From Halalkalibacterium halodurans (GTDB lineage Bacteria > Bacillota > Bacilli > Bacillales > Bacillaceae_D), in the NCBI RefSeq assembly GCF_004376175.1, contig NZ_SNUY01000053.1, forward strand, positions 1 through 10,799: DNA of 10,799 nucleotides, written 5' to 3'. The position numbers were made by a program, and so were the translations under genes. Below the pieces are notes generated by a model that did not search any database, had not been told where the DNA came from, and saw only the letters and a program-made list of their open reading frames with translations. Below, one piece after another: positions 1 to 10,439 of the stretch (position 1 is its first letter; each line of letters begins with the position of its first letter).

Positions 1-906
1 AGAGAGTCAAAAGCACTCATCATTGATTTAGATTCAACACATGCTGACACATACGGCCAACAAGAATTTACAGCTTATAATACCCATTACGGGACTGTTG
101 GCTTTCATCCATTGGTTGCCTTCGATGGGATAACAGGCGATTTCCTAAAAGCCCAGCTACGCCCTGGAAATGTGTATACGTCCAATGGTGTTGTGGATTT
201 TGTGGAACCACTTATCAAACATTACAATGAAAAATTTCCGGCAACGACACCATTCTTACGCGGCGATAGTGGTTTTGCCGTTCCAGCTCTATACGATTTA
301 TGTGAACGTGAATCGGTTTATTATGTCATTCGTTTGAAATCTAACGCCATTTTACAGCGAATGGCAGATGAATGTCATCCAGCCACAGTACCGTCAGATG
401 TGACAAAGTCTGAATGTTATTATGAGGAAATCGACTATCAAGCGAAATCATGGTCTAAGCCGAGAAAGGTCATCATCCAATCGGTTCGCCCTGCAGGCGA
501 ATTGTTGTTTACCCATTCATTTTTTGTAACGAGTCTAGGAGATGTATTCTCTCCAAAAGATATCGTTCGTACGTACCAAAAAAGAGGGACGATGGAGAAC
601 TACATCAAGGAAGCTAAAAATGGTTTTTATTTGGATAAAATGAGCAGTCACTCTTTTCAAGTGAATGAAGTGAAAATGATGGTAAGCCTGTTAGCCTATA
701 ACCTAACGAATTGGCTACGTACGCTTTGCTTTCCAGAAGCACAAAAAGGGATGCAAATTGAAACCATACGTACAAGGGTCATTAAAGTGGCTAGTAAATT
801 AGTGAAATCAGGACGATCCCTTTACTTTAAATTGTCCTCTAGTTTTGTATACCAAGATTTTTTCTGGAAAGTACTTCAGCGGATTCAACAGCTAAAGCTA
901 GGATAG
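1..906 (+). CDS. IS1380-family DDE transposase, C-terminal ~301 codons (5' end lies outside the window)
   Basis: Frame +1 is open from nt 1 (RESKALIIDLDSTHADTYGQQEFTAYNTHYGTVGFHP...), so the TTG start at 112 in the ORF track is a window-edge artefact. Stop is TAG 904-906. Motifs typical of IS1380/ISEcp1-type transposases are present: IIDLDST, FLRGDSGF, and YQKRGTMENYIKEAK followed by LAYNL. Confidence 0.9.
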   Translation, partial: RESKALIIDLDSTHADTYGQQEFTAYNTHYGTVGFHPLVAFDGITGDFLKAQLRPGNVYTSNGVVDFVEPLIKHYNEKFPATTPFLRGDSGFAVPALYDLCERESVYYVIRLKSNAILQRMADECHPATVPSDVTKSECYYEEIDYQAKSWSKPRKVIIQSVRPAGELLFTHSFFVTSLGDVFSPKDIVRTYQKRGTMENYIKEAKNGFYLDKMSSHSFQVNEVKMMVSLLAYNLTNWLRTLCFPEAQKGMQIETIRTRVIKVASKLVKSGRSLYFKLSSSFVYQDFFWKVLQRIQQLKLG

Positions 907-1103
907 AATCGAAAAATCCTGTTTTTTAAAACACGATTTAAGACCAAGGGAGAAGTATGCCCAAAAACAGGCATTTTTCCGCTCCTCATTCTAGAAAGAT
1001 GCTTTTCAGAAGAAAATAACCATGATTCTTTCAAAGGGATCGGGAATCTAATCGTTTTTGGCCTAAAACCCTGATTTATGTTCGAGGTATGAATAATTCA
1101 GGG
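1..1103 (+). mobile_element. Right-hand portion of an IS1380-family insertion sequence; right terminus tentatively near 1102-1103
   Basis: Transposase CDS plus a ~200-nt non-coding tail. The tail ends in GAATAATTCAGGG (1091-1103). Its reverse complement, CCCTGAATTATTC, resembles (from memory, unverified) the CCTAAATTCC-type termini of ISEcp1-like elements. The left end is outside the window, so the inverted-repeat pairing cannot be confirmed. Confidence 0.5.
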
Positions 1104-1104
1104 T

Positions 1105-1116
1105 CTATACTATAAT
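1105..1116 (+). promoter_or_regulatory. Possible sigmaA -10 region for the LacI-family regulator gene (TATACT 1105-1110 adjoining TATAAT 1111-1116)
   Basis: A consensus TATAAT lies 44 nt upstream of the likely ATG at 1160. There is no convincing -35 hexamer at 16-18 nt spacing; the best candidate is TTCGAG at 1081-1086, which would lie inside the putative IS end. Confidence 0.3.
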
Positions 1117-1119
1117 AAA

Positions 1120-1133
1120 AGTAAGCGCTTTTT
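1120..1133. promoter_or_regulatory. CG-centred LacI/CcpA-type operator-like site AGTAAGCGCTTTTT
   Basis: Lies immediately downstream of the TATAAT box. It matches the minus-strand reading of the iolB-promoter palindrome (TGAAAGCGCTTTTA) at 11 of 14 positions and shares the core AAGCGCTTTT. The right arm is degenerate relative to the cre consensus TGWAANCGNTNWCA. Confidence 0.35.
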
Positions 1134-1159
1134 TATTTTAGCAAAGGTGCGTGACGCGT

Positions 1160-2173
1160 ATGAAAATGAGTGATGTTGCAAAACTAGCAAACGTCTCGCC
1201 TGCCACAGTTTCTAGAGTACTAAGCAACCCTGAACTTGTGAGCAAGGAAACGAGAAAAAAAGTCCTGGATGTTATTAACCAAGTGAATTACAAGCCCCAT
1301 ATTGTGGCAAGACAATTTAGAACGCAGGAAACAAAGATGATCCTCGTGGTTGTCCCTGATATTACGAGTGCGTTTTTTTCCAAGGTGCTACGCGGAATTG
1401 AGCACATGGCGATCGATCATGGCTATCAGGTCATTTTAGGCGATACAGAGCATGACATTAACAGAGAGTTGGAATACATTAATTTACTTCACCAAAAGCA
1501 AGTAGATGGGATGGTGCTATTGACCGCGCGAATCGATAAGGAGAAGCTCCAAGACATCTCCGCACACTTTCCAATGGTATTAGCTTGTGAATATATGGAC
1601 GGCCTTGATGTACCAACGGTCTCAATCGATAACATTAGCAGCGCCCGGAAAGCAACGGAGCATTTAATACAACTCGGTCATAAACGGATTGCCCACATTA
1701 CCGGTCCGATGAATATTATTTTAAGTCGCGATCGTTTAAAAGGCTACAGGCAAGCAATGCTCGGCCACGATATTCCGATCGATTCCGCTTATATTCAAGA
1801 AGGAGAGCTCACATTCGAATCAGGATATGATCAGACAATGAAGCTATTAGCACTTGAAGCTCCTCCAACCGCTATTTTTGCTTTCAATGATGAGATCGCA
1901 ATGGGAGCGATGAAAGCCGCGAAAGATAGCGGATTATCCATCCCTAATGAGTTGGCGATCATCGGCTTTGATAACATTAAAATGGCCATGATGGTGGAGC
2001 CCGGCTTAACGACGATCGATCAGCCGAAATATGCGATCGGTAAAAAGGCGATGGAACTGCTACTAAAACAAATCAACAATGAGTCGATCAAAAAGAAAAA
2101 ATTCGTCTTAAAAGATGAGCTAATCATAAGGCAGACCTGTGGTGCCGAGCAGCAGACAGTCTCCCACGTATAA
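1160..2173 (+). CDS. LacI/GalR-family transcriptional regulator (candidate IolQ-like inositol regulator)
   Basis: N-terminal HTH MSDVAKLANVSPATVSRVLSN, followed by a periplasmic-binding-protein-like sugar-binding core (PTAIFAFNDEIAMGAMKAA, IIGFDN, LTTIDQP). The ORF is open from GTG 1151. The SD AAAGGTG (1143-1149) is only about 1-3 nt from that GTG but about 10 nt from ATG 1160, so 1160 is preferred; ATG 1166 is also possible. Stop is TAA 2171-2173. Confidence 0.9.
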   Translation: MKMSDVAKLANVSPATVSRVLSNPELVSKETRKKVLDVINQVNYKPHIVARQFRTQETKMILVVVPDITSAFFSKVLRGIEHMAIDHGYQVILGDTEHDINRELEYINLLHQKQVDGMVLLTARIDKEKLQDISAHFPMVLACEYMDGLDVPTVSIDNISSARKATEHLIQLGHKRIAHITGPMNIILSRDRLKGYRQAMLGHDIPIDSAYIQEGELTFESGYDQTMKLLALEAPPTAIFAFNDEIAMGAMKAAKDSGLSIPNELAIIGFDNIKMAMMVEPGLTTIDQPKYAIGKKAMELLLKQINNESIKKKKFVLKDELIIRQTCGAEQQTVSHV

Positions 2174-2228
2174 CAAGCATACGAAAATAGCTCTTTCCCT
2201 CATATTAAGAGAAAGGTTTAAACCTAAA

Positions 2229-2255
2229 AGGTTGGCGCTCTTTTCACGCCAACCT
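2229..2255. terminator. Bidirectional rho-independent terminator shared by the regulator gene and iolJ
   Basis: Perfect 9-bp GC-rich stem AGGTTGGCG (2229-2237) / CGCCAACCT (2247-2255) with a 9-nt loop. It is followed by CTTTTC on the + strand and by TTTTAGGTTT on the - strand. It lies 16 nt past the iolJ stop and 55 nt past the regulator stop. Confidence 0.8.
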
Positions 2256-2271
2256 CTTTTCAATAAATGAA

Positions 2272-3138
2272 TTAGACACGTTCCTTAGCCTTACCGCTCG
2301 TTTGAAATTCCCGCATTTTTGTCTTGACCGTCTCTACAATCGCTTCGGTACCAGGGGTTGTAATCGCACGATAATCGTAGATGTCTTGATCGTTCGTCAG
2401 AATCGTTCGGACTGCATGCGCCCAAGCTTGTAAACACTCTGTATTCACGTTGATTTTCGCATGACCAAGCAGGATCGCTTTACGAATTTGATAATCTGGG
2501 ATCCCCGAGCCACCATGTAAGACGAGAGGAACACCTGTCCGCTCCGAAATGACCTTCATTTCTTCAAACCCAAGCTTTGGTTCCCCTTGGTATGGTCCAT
2601 GAACAGAGCCTAGGGCTGCTGCTAAAGCGTCGATGTTTGCTTCCTCTACCACTCGGACACATTCATCCGGGTCTGCATATTTGACACCACCGATAAGTCC
2701 GTCCTCCATACCACCGACCGTTCCAACCTCTGCTTCAACTGAAACATTGCGCGGCTGGGCATAAGCAACTACCTCTTTTGTCATCGCAATGTTGTCTTCA
2801 ATTGGTGAATGAGAACCGTCGATCATAACCGACGTAAAACCTGCATCGATTGCTTGTTTGCATCGGTCGATCGTCATGCCATGATCCAAATGGAGGGCGA
2901 CCGGAACAGTAATCTTCATTTCGATCAAAAGGCTATTAACCATGGAGGTGATCGTTTGAAACCCTCCTAAAAAATCGACGAGTCGGTCTGACGCTGCGAC
3001 AATTACTGGAGCCTGCTCTTCTTCAGCCGCTTGTAAGATCGCTTGCGCCCACTGTAAGTTATTTAAATTGAACTGACCGACCGCATAATGACCTGCCTTT
3101 GCTTTCTTTAGCATTTCTTTCATTGATACGAGCGCCAC
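2272..3138 (-). CDS. iolJ: 6-phospho-5-dehydro-2-deoxy-D-gluconate aldolase (class II fructose-bisphosphate aldolase family)
   Basis: Class II aldolase motifs VALHLDHG and PLVLHGGSG. The N-terminus (V)[13 protein letters not shown] parallels B. subtilis IolJ MAFVSMKELL. The track start GTG 3147 lies inside the SD (AGGAGAGGTG, 3154-3145). GTG 3138 is 6 nt from that SD and is preferred. Stop is TAA 2272-2274. Confidence 0.9.
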   Translation of the reverse strand: MALVSMKEMLKKAKAGHYAVGQFNLNNLQWAQAILQAAEEEQAPVIVAASDRLVDFLGGFQTITSMVNSLLIEMKITVPVALHLDHGMTIDRCKQAIDAGFTSVMIDGSHSPIEDNIAMTKEVVAYAQPRNVSVEAEVGTVGGMEDGLIGGVKYADPDECVRVVEEANIDALAAALGSVHGPYQGEPKLGFEEMKVISERTGVPLVLHGGSGIPDYQIRKAILLGHAKINVNTECLQAWAHAVRTILTNDQDIYDYRAITTPGTEAIVETVKTKMREFQTSGKAKERV

Positions 3139-3173
3139 CGTTAGCACCTCTCCTACTTATAAGTACGCTTGGT

Positions 3174-5963
<2,790 letters not shown>

Positions 5964-5977
5964 TGACGCCACCTCCA

Positions 5978-7891
5978 TTAATACTGCTTCGCCCGCGTTA
6001 ACTTTTCTTGCTTTAGCTCGTATGCTTGCTGGATTCCTTCACGATCAGACACTTCGGAAACACCGAGGTTCCACCAGCTGCCATCATAGCCATCTGTCAT
6101 CGTTTTCGGAAGTACTTTAATGTCGATCAACGTGGAGCACTCTTGTTTCTTGGCATCTTCTAACGCTGCTTTTAACTCCTCAACCGTGCTGACGCGGTAC
6201 GATTTGGCCCCGTATCCTTCCGCCACTTTTGCATAATCAACGTGTAAAATCTTTTCGTCAGCCGTTCTGAATTCACAGAAGTAGCTACCACCACCAAAAT
6301 CCATCTGCAAATTGTTAATGCAACCATAACCTGAATTATCAAACAGAAGGACGTTTATTTTTTTATGATACTGGATCGCCGTCACCAGCTCGGAGTGAAG
6401 CATGAGAAAACTACCATCGCCAACGATCGCATATACTTCTTTATTCGGTTCTGCCAGCTTCAGCCCTAATGTACCCGACACTTCATAGCCCATGCACGAA
6501 TAGCCGTATTCTAAGTGATACGTATTTGGAACTTCAGCGTGCCAGAGTCGTTGCAAATCACCTGGAAGAGAGCCGGCAGCGCAAATGATCACACTGTCCG
6601 GGTCGATTGTTTCATTAATGGTTAGCAAAGCGGTCGTTTGCGCAAATTCTGTTTGAAGAGCATCGGCGTACTCATTCATCACCTCTTGAGTGAAATGACC
6701 TTTTATTTCTGGTTCAAATCGCTCCCGATCAAACGTTACCTTCCCGAGTCGCTCTCGTTCCTTTAACCATTCGGCTTTTAGTTGGCCAATGTCATCACCA
6801 TATTCACTCTTATATCCTTCAAGCATAGGCACTAACGCTTCCAATGTTCTCTTGGCATCTGCCACGACAGGAAATGCATCGAGCTTGTATGCTTGCATGC
6901 GGCTCACATTAATATTTACAAATTTCACCTTTTCGAAGTCAAACAGCGTTTTCGATGAGGTCGCAAAATCTGTAAATCTAGTCCCGATCCCGATCACGAG
7001 ATCTGCCTGTTGGGCCGCCTTATTCGCTGCTAACGTTCCTGTGATTCCGAGCCCACCTAGATTATTTTTAAAGGAAGCCTCTACCGCAGATTTCCCTGCT
7101 TGCGTCTCTGTTAACGGTACATTGAAAGTCTCAGAGAATGCGATAAGCGCCTCTCTAGCCTCCGAATATTTCGCACCACCACCAACAACGAGCAACGGTC
7201 GCTTGCTCTTCTTAATAAGATCAGCCGCACCTTTCAGCTCACGTTCGCTAGGAAGCTTTCGGTCAATATAATGTACGCGTTTCTCAAAAAATCTCACATC
7301 ATAATCAAACGCTTCCCCTTCGACATCCTGTGAAATACAAATTGTCGCAGGGCCCGCTTTGGCTGGGTCGGTCATGACCTCAAAAGCGCGAATTAAGCTT
7401 GACATAAGTTGCTCTGGGCGTGTAATTCGATCCCAGTAGCGAGATACTGGCTGCAAGGCATCATTTGTCGTAATGGCGATGCTTTGTTCTTGTTCAAACT
7501 GCTGCAATACAGGGTCTGGTTGTCTCGTCGCATACGTATCAGCCGGGAGTAGTAAAATTGGAATTTGGTTAGCAAGGGCGGTTGCAGCAGCTGTTACTAG
7601 ATTGGCTGACCCTGGCCCACTTGATGTAGTAATCGCATAGATTTTCTTACGAAGCATCTGCTTGCTGTACGCAATCGCCGTATGCGCCATCCCTTGCTCG
7701 TTTTTCCCTTGATACACTTTTAGGTGGCCAGGATCTTGCTCTAAAGTATGACCAATCCCCAATACATTGCCATGACCGAAAATATTAAAGATGCCTTCCA
7801 CGAACGGAAATTCTTCACCATCGATATGAACATACTGTTGATTTAAAAATTTAATTAATGCTTGAGCTGTCGTTAATCGAATCGTTTCCAT
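5978..7891 (-). CDS. iolD: 3D-(3,5/4)-trihydroxycyclohexane-1,2-dione acylhydrolase (ThDP-dependent, acetolactate-synthase-like)
   Basis: 637 aa, the same length as B. subtilis IolD. ThDP-binding motif GDGSFLM...NSGYG. SD GAGGTG lies 7 nt upstream of ATG 7891 and overlaps the iolC stop. The stop overlaps an in-frame iolE ATG (TAATG at 5980-5976). Confidence 0.92.
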   Translation of the reverse strand: METIRLTTAQALIKFLNQQYVHIDGEEFPFVEGIFNIFGHGNVLGIGHTLEQDPGHLKVYQGKNEQGMAHTAIAYSKQMLRKKIYAITTSSGPGSANLVTAAATALANQIPILLLPADTYATRQPDPVLQQFEQEQSIAITTNDALQPVSRYWDRITRPEQLMSSLIRAFEVMTDPAKAGPATICISQDVEGEAFDYDVRFFEKRVHYIDRKLPSERELKGAADLIKKSKRPLLVVGGGAKYSEAREALIAFSETFNVPLTETQAGKSAVEASFKNNLGGLGITGTLAANKAAQQADLVIGIGTRFTDFATSSKTLFDFEKVKFVNINVSRMQAYKLDAFPVVADAKRTLEALVPMLEGYKSEYGDDIGQLKAEWLKERERLGKVTFDRERFEPEIKGHFTQEVMNEYADALQTEFAQTTALLTINETIDPDSVIICAAGSLPGDLQRLWHAEVPNTYHLEYGYSCMGYEVSGTLGLKLAEPNKEVYAIVGDGSFLMLHSELVTAIQYHKKINVLLFDNSGYGCINNLQMDFGGGSYFCEFRTADEKILHVDYAKVAEGYGAKSYRVSTVEELKAALEDAKKQECSTLIDIKVLPKTMTDGYDGSWWNLGVSEVSDREGIQQAYELKQEKLTRAKQY

Positions 7892-7903
7892 CTGCCGTCA
7901 CCT

Positions 7904-8899
7904 CTATGCGATCGTAATCGTTTCATCTTTTTCAATTAGCGCTTCAATTTCTTCCACAGACGGCATTGCGTCAGATGAACTATGCTTGCTCACAACGATT
8001 GACGCCGAAGCGCTACCGTATTTTAATGCCGTCTCGATCCCTTTTCCTGAAATCAACGCATACAAGAAAGCGGATGCGTAGGAGTCACCTGCGCCGAACG
8101 TTTTCAGCACTTTCGTTTTATAAGCGTAGCCGCGATACGCTTCCCCGGCCTTCGTATAAGCAAAAGAACCTTCAACCCCGTGCTTAATGACGATCAATTC
8201 TGGAGAATGCTTGAAAAGGTAACGGATCGTCTCATCATTGTCCCCTTTTTCTGTACGGTTCTCGAGCACATCAAATTCTTCCCGTGTTCCAATGACGATA
8301 TCAGACTGCTCCGCTACAAGGGAATAATAGACTGCTGTTTCTTCTGGTGTTTCCCAAGAGTACGGACGGTAATCTAACTCAAAAACAACCTTTACATCGT
8401 TTCGCTTGGCCAAACGAATCGCTTTCAACACCGCTTCCCGAGATGGGCTCTTTGATAGTGCGGTACCTGAAACAAGCAATAGCTTAGACCGTCTAATGTA
8501 CGCCTCATTCACCTCTTCTGGGGATAAGTAAAGGTCAGCCACATCTTGACGATACATTAAAATGCTGCATTCTTCGGGACTCTTAATCTCTGTAAACGCT
8601 AAACCTGTTTTATGTCCCTCCTGATCAACGACAAGGTTGGACGTATCCACCCCAACACCTCTCATGTAGGATTCGATAAATCGCCCGTGTTGATCGTCTG
8701 CGATTTTCCCGATAAAGCCTGCCTTCAGTCCTAGCTTTGAGCTCCCGATAACAATATTAGCAGGGGACCCGCCTACATATTTAGAGAACGTCATTGTCTC
8801 TTCCATCGGTCTGTTGTATTCAACAGCATTTAAGTCAATGCATGCACGCCCAATCGCAATCAAATCAAACTCTCGATCTGTTGAAAGTTCATAGGTCAT
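7904..8899 (-). CDS. iolC: 5-dehydro-2-deoxygluconokinase (PfkB/ribokinase family)
   Basis: IAIGRACIDLNAVEYNRPMEETMTFSKYVGGSPANI and the PfkB signature TFGAGDSYASAF match B. subtilis IolC. SD AAGGAG lies 10 nt upstream of ATG 8899. Confidence 0.92.
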   Translation of the reverse strand: MTYELSTDREFDLIAIGRACIDLNAVEYNRPMEETMTFSKYVGGSPANIVIGSSKLGLKAGFIGKIADDQHGRFIESYMRGVGVDTSNLVVDQEGHKTGLAFTEIKSPEECSILMYRQDVADLYLSPEEVNEAYIRRSKLLLVSGTALSKSPSREAVLKAIRLAKRNDVKVVFELDYRPYSWETPEETAVYYSLVAEQSDIVIGTREEFDVLENRTEKGDNDETIRYLFKHSPELIVIKHGVEGSFAYTKAGEAYRGYAYKTKVLKTFGAGDSYASAFLYALISGKGIETALKYGSASASIVVSKHSSSDAMPSVEEIEALIEKDETITIA

Positions 8900-8987
8900 G
8901 AAAAGACCACTCCTTTTAAAATTTCTTCAAAAATACTTGGCTAAGCTACGTTCTTTAAAGTGGTACAGCTTTCGCGAAGTCGCTAAA

Positions 8988-9800
8988 TTACTCAATAATC
9001 CATTCATGGGCCGGATCATTAAAAAACTTCCAAATTCGCTTAGGTCCAGCCATCACATTTAAATAGTAGGACGCATACCCTTCCGGCACGCCAACAGGGT
9101 GGTATCCTTTAGGTACGATAACCATGTTCTCATTCTCCACCGTCATCGTTTCATCAAGGGAGCGGTCATCCGTATATACACGTTGGAAGACAAACCCTTG
9201 CTTAGGATTGACCTCATGGTAATATGTTTCCTCTAATAACGATTCTTCAGGCAATAAATCGCGATCATGCTTGTGCGGAGGATAGCTAGACCAGTTTCCA
9301 CTTTCTGTAAAAACCTCAACGACAAGAAGACTATTAGCAGAAGGGTCTGAATCGGGTAGAATATTGTGTACCATTCGCTGATTATTCCCCTTGCCCCGAT
9401 GCTCAACGCCATTATCTTCAGCCTTGATAAGCTTAGTTGGAAGTTGATTTTTCGAAGGGGCGTAGCAAAGAGCTACCCGCGCTCCGGTGACCGCCTCAAT
9501 CGAAAACGTTTGATTATTTGAAACATAAACACTGTCGGTTGGCTTCTTTTCAAAAACAGATTCACGCGTTCCAATATTCTCAAACGTCACCTCATGATCG
9601 GTCACATGAACCTTCCCTGTTACAACGACAATGCAGCATTCTTTGTTTTCTAAAGTTTCTGAATAAGTTGCCCCTTGTGAAAGATCTAATGCCTTAAACG
9701 ATACGTATTCTAAAGAAGCGTTGTCAGCTGTCACATCGTGGACAAGTGTTACTCCTTTACTTATTTCTGCTCGCTCTGGCTTACGAAGCAATTGACTCAT
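8988..9800 (-). CDS. iolB: 5-deoxy-glucuronate isomerase (KduI/IolB cupin family)
   Basis: 270 aa. TFENIGTRESVFEKKPTDSVY, LPTKLIKAEDNG, HNILPDSDPSANSLLVVEV and SGNWSSYPPHKHD match B. subtilis IolB. A strong SD AGGAGG (+ strand CCTCCT, 9809-9814) lies 8 nt upstream of ATG 9800. Confidence 0.92.
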   Translation of the reverse strand: MSQLLRKPERAEISKGVTLVHDVTADNASLEYVSFKALDLSQGATYSETLENKECCIVVVTGKVHVTDHEVTFENIGTRESVFEKKPTDSVYVSNNQTFSIEAVTGARVALCYAPSKNQLPTKLIKAEDNGVEHRGKGNNQRMVHNILPDSDPSANSLLVVEVFTESGNWSSYPPHKHDRDLLPEESLLEETYYHEVNPKQGFVFQRVYTDDRSLDETMTVENENMVIVPKGYHPVGVPEGYASYYLNVMAGPKRIWKFFNDPAHEWIIE

Positions 9801-9917
9801 TGACTGAACCTCCTACTATGAATCGTTATTGTAATCGATTTCATTGTTTTCCTAAAAAATATGTTGTTCAAGCCCTCTCACTTTCAATGCTTTCACAACT
9901 TCTATGTCCTTTTGTCC

Positions 9918-9946
9918 AGAATAATATTAAAAGCGCTTTCAGTCAA
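9918..9946 (-). promoter_or_regulatory. Candidate sigmaA promoter of the iol operon: -35 TTGACT (9946-9941), 17-nt spacer, -10 TATTCT (9923-9918)
   Basis: The minus strand reads TTGACTgaaagcgcttttaatatTATTCT. The -35 matches consensus at 5 of 6 positions and the -10 at 4 of 6, with ideal 17-nt spacing. It would give a 5' UTR of about 110 nt ahead of iolB. Confidence 0.5.
9928..9941. promoter_or_regulatory. CG-centred 14-bp palindrome TAAAAGCGCTTTCA (LacI-family operator or cre-like) inside the iol promoter spacer
   Basis: One mismatch to the CcpA cre consensus TGWAANCGNTNWCA (position 2, read on the + strand). The inner 10 bp, AAAGCGCTTT, are perfectly symmetric. It overlaps the -35 by 1 nt and fills most of the spacer, which is a classic repressor position. 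Confidence 0.55.
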
Positions 9947-10066
9947 TAGTTTTTCATGTACTTTCAGTGTTTTTTTGAATGGCAGATTAATTGTTCTCCC
10001 GTTAAAAAATGAGTGTATAGCCATTCTAACTGCCTTAATTCTTTGCTATTCTTCCTTCGAAATATC

Positions 10067-10080
10067 TGAAATCGTTTTCA
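10067..10080. promoter_or_regulatory. Perfect match to the catabolite-responsive element (cre) consensus: TGAAATCGTTTTCA
   Basis: All constrained positions of TGWAANCGNTNWCA are satisfied. It lies 267 nt upstream of the iolB ATG, and its centre is 139 bp from the centre of the promoter palindrome. Confidence 0.55.
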
Positions 10081-10096
10081 AAGCACATCGCTTCTT

Positions 10097-10300
10097 TCAG
10101 TTTTTTGCCCAATAAGTGGCTGTGACAAAATATAAGCTGGTCGAAACGAAAGCCGCTCCTTTGTAAGCGGCTAATTCCATGCTTCCACTGAACACGAGGA
10201 ATGAACTTACTAGCAAAACAGCCATACTCACGAGTGCTATCACACCAAATAAAACGCTTTCAATCGTGCGTTTTGACTTATTTTTATTTTTCGATAGCAC
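10097..10300 (-). CDS. Hypothetical small membrane protein (67 aa, two predicted TM helices), or a 3' remnant of an IS-disrupted membrane-protein gene
   Basis: A basic N-terminus (KNKNKSKR) is followed by two hydrophobic stretches (VLFGVIALVSMAVLLVSSFLVF and AAFVSTSLYFVTATYW). It has a GTG start with no recognisable SD and only a weak promoter. The frame closes at an upstream stop at 10316-10318, close to where the IS4-type element should begin. Confidence 0.3.
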   Translation of the reverse strand: MLSKNKNKSKRTIESVLFGVIALVSMAVLLVSSFLVFSGSMELAAYKGAAFVSTSLYFVTATYWAKN

Positions 10301-10439
10301 TAGTGTTGCATTAATTTAATTTCACTATTATAAATACTCAAAATGTTCAATAAATTAATTTCACGCATAAAAAAAGTCCTTTATAATGGATAAGTTAGGT
10401 GGTAATCCCGTCCAAATCCAATAATAAAGGAACAATCTC

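Noticed and set aside
918-971. 9-bp inverted repeat CCTGTTTTT / AAAAACAGG just after the transposase stop, considered as a possible terminator
   Set aside because: The 36-nt loop and AT-rich stem make a functional intrinsic terminator unlikely. It is probably incidental or part of the IS internal structure.
957-1019. 20-codon basic ORF (MPKNRHFSAPHSRKMLFRRK) with a GGGAG-like SD in the IS1380 3' tail
   Set aside because: It is too short and unsupported to call. It lies inside the presumed IS non-coding tail, and conservation cannot be assessed here.
8900-8987. 88-nt iolB-iolC intergenic spacer, examined for an internal terminator, promoter or regulatory RNA
   Set aside because: It contains only short 8-bp palindromes (TTCGCGAA, CTTTAAAG). 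There is no stable stem with a U-tract and no -35/-10 pair. It is treated as an ordinary spacer carrying the iolC SD.
9746-10115. Plus-strand ORFs 9746-9949 (67 aa) and 9861-10115 (84 aa) in the iolB upstream region
   Set aside because: They arise from AT-rich non-coding DNA. The F/L/I/C-rich products are what T-rich sequence yields when translated. They have no SD, overlap the iolB start, RBS and promoter, and overlap each other.
9801-10439. Possible iolA pseudogene remnant upstream of iolB
   Set aside because: The minus strand has no extended open frame apart from the hydrophobic 67-codon ORF. That ORF looks nothing like an aldehyde dehydrogenase.
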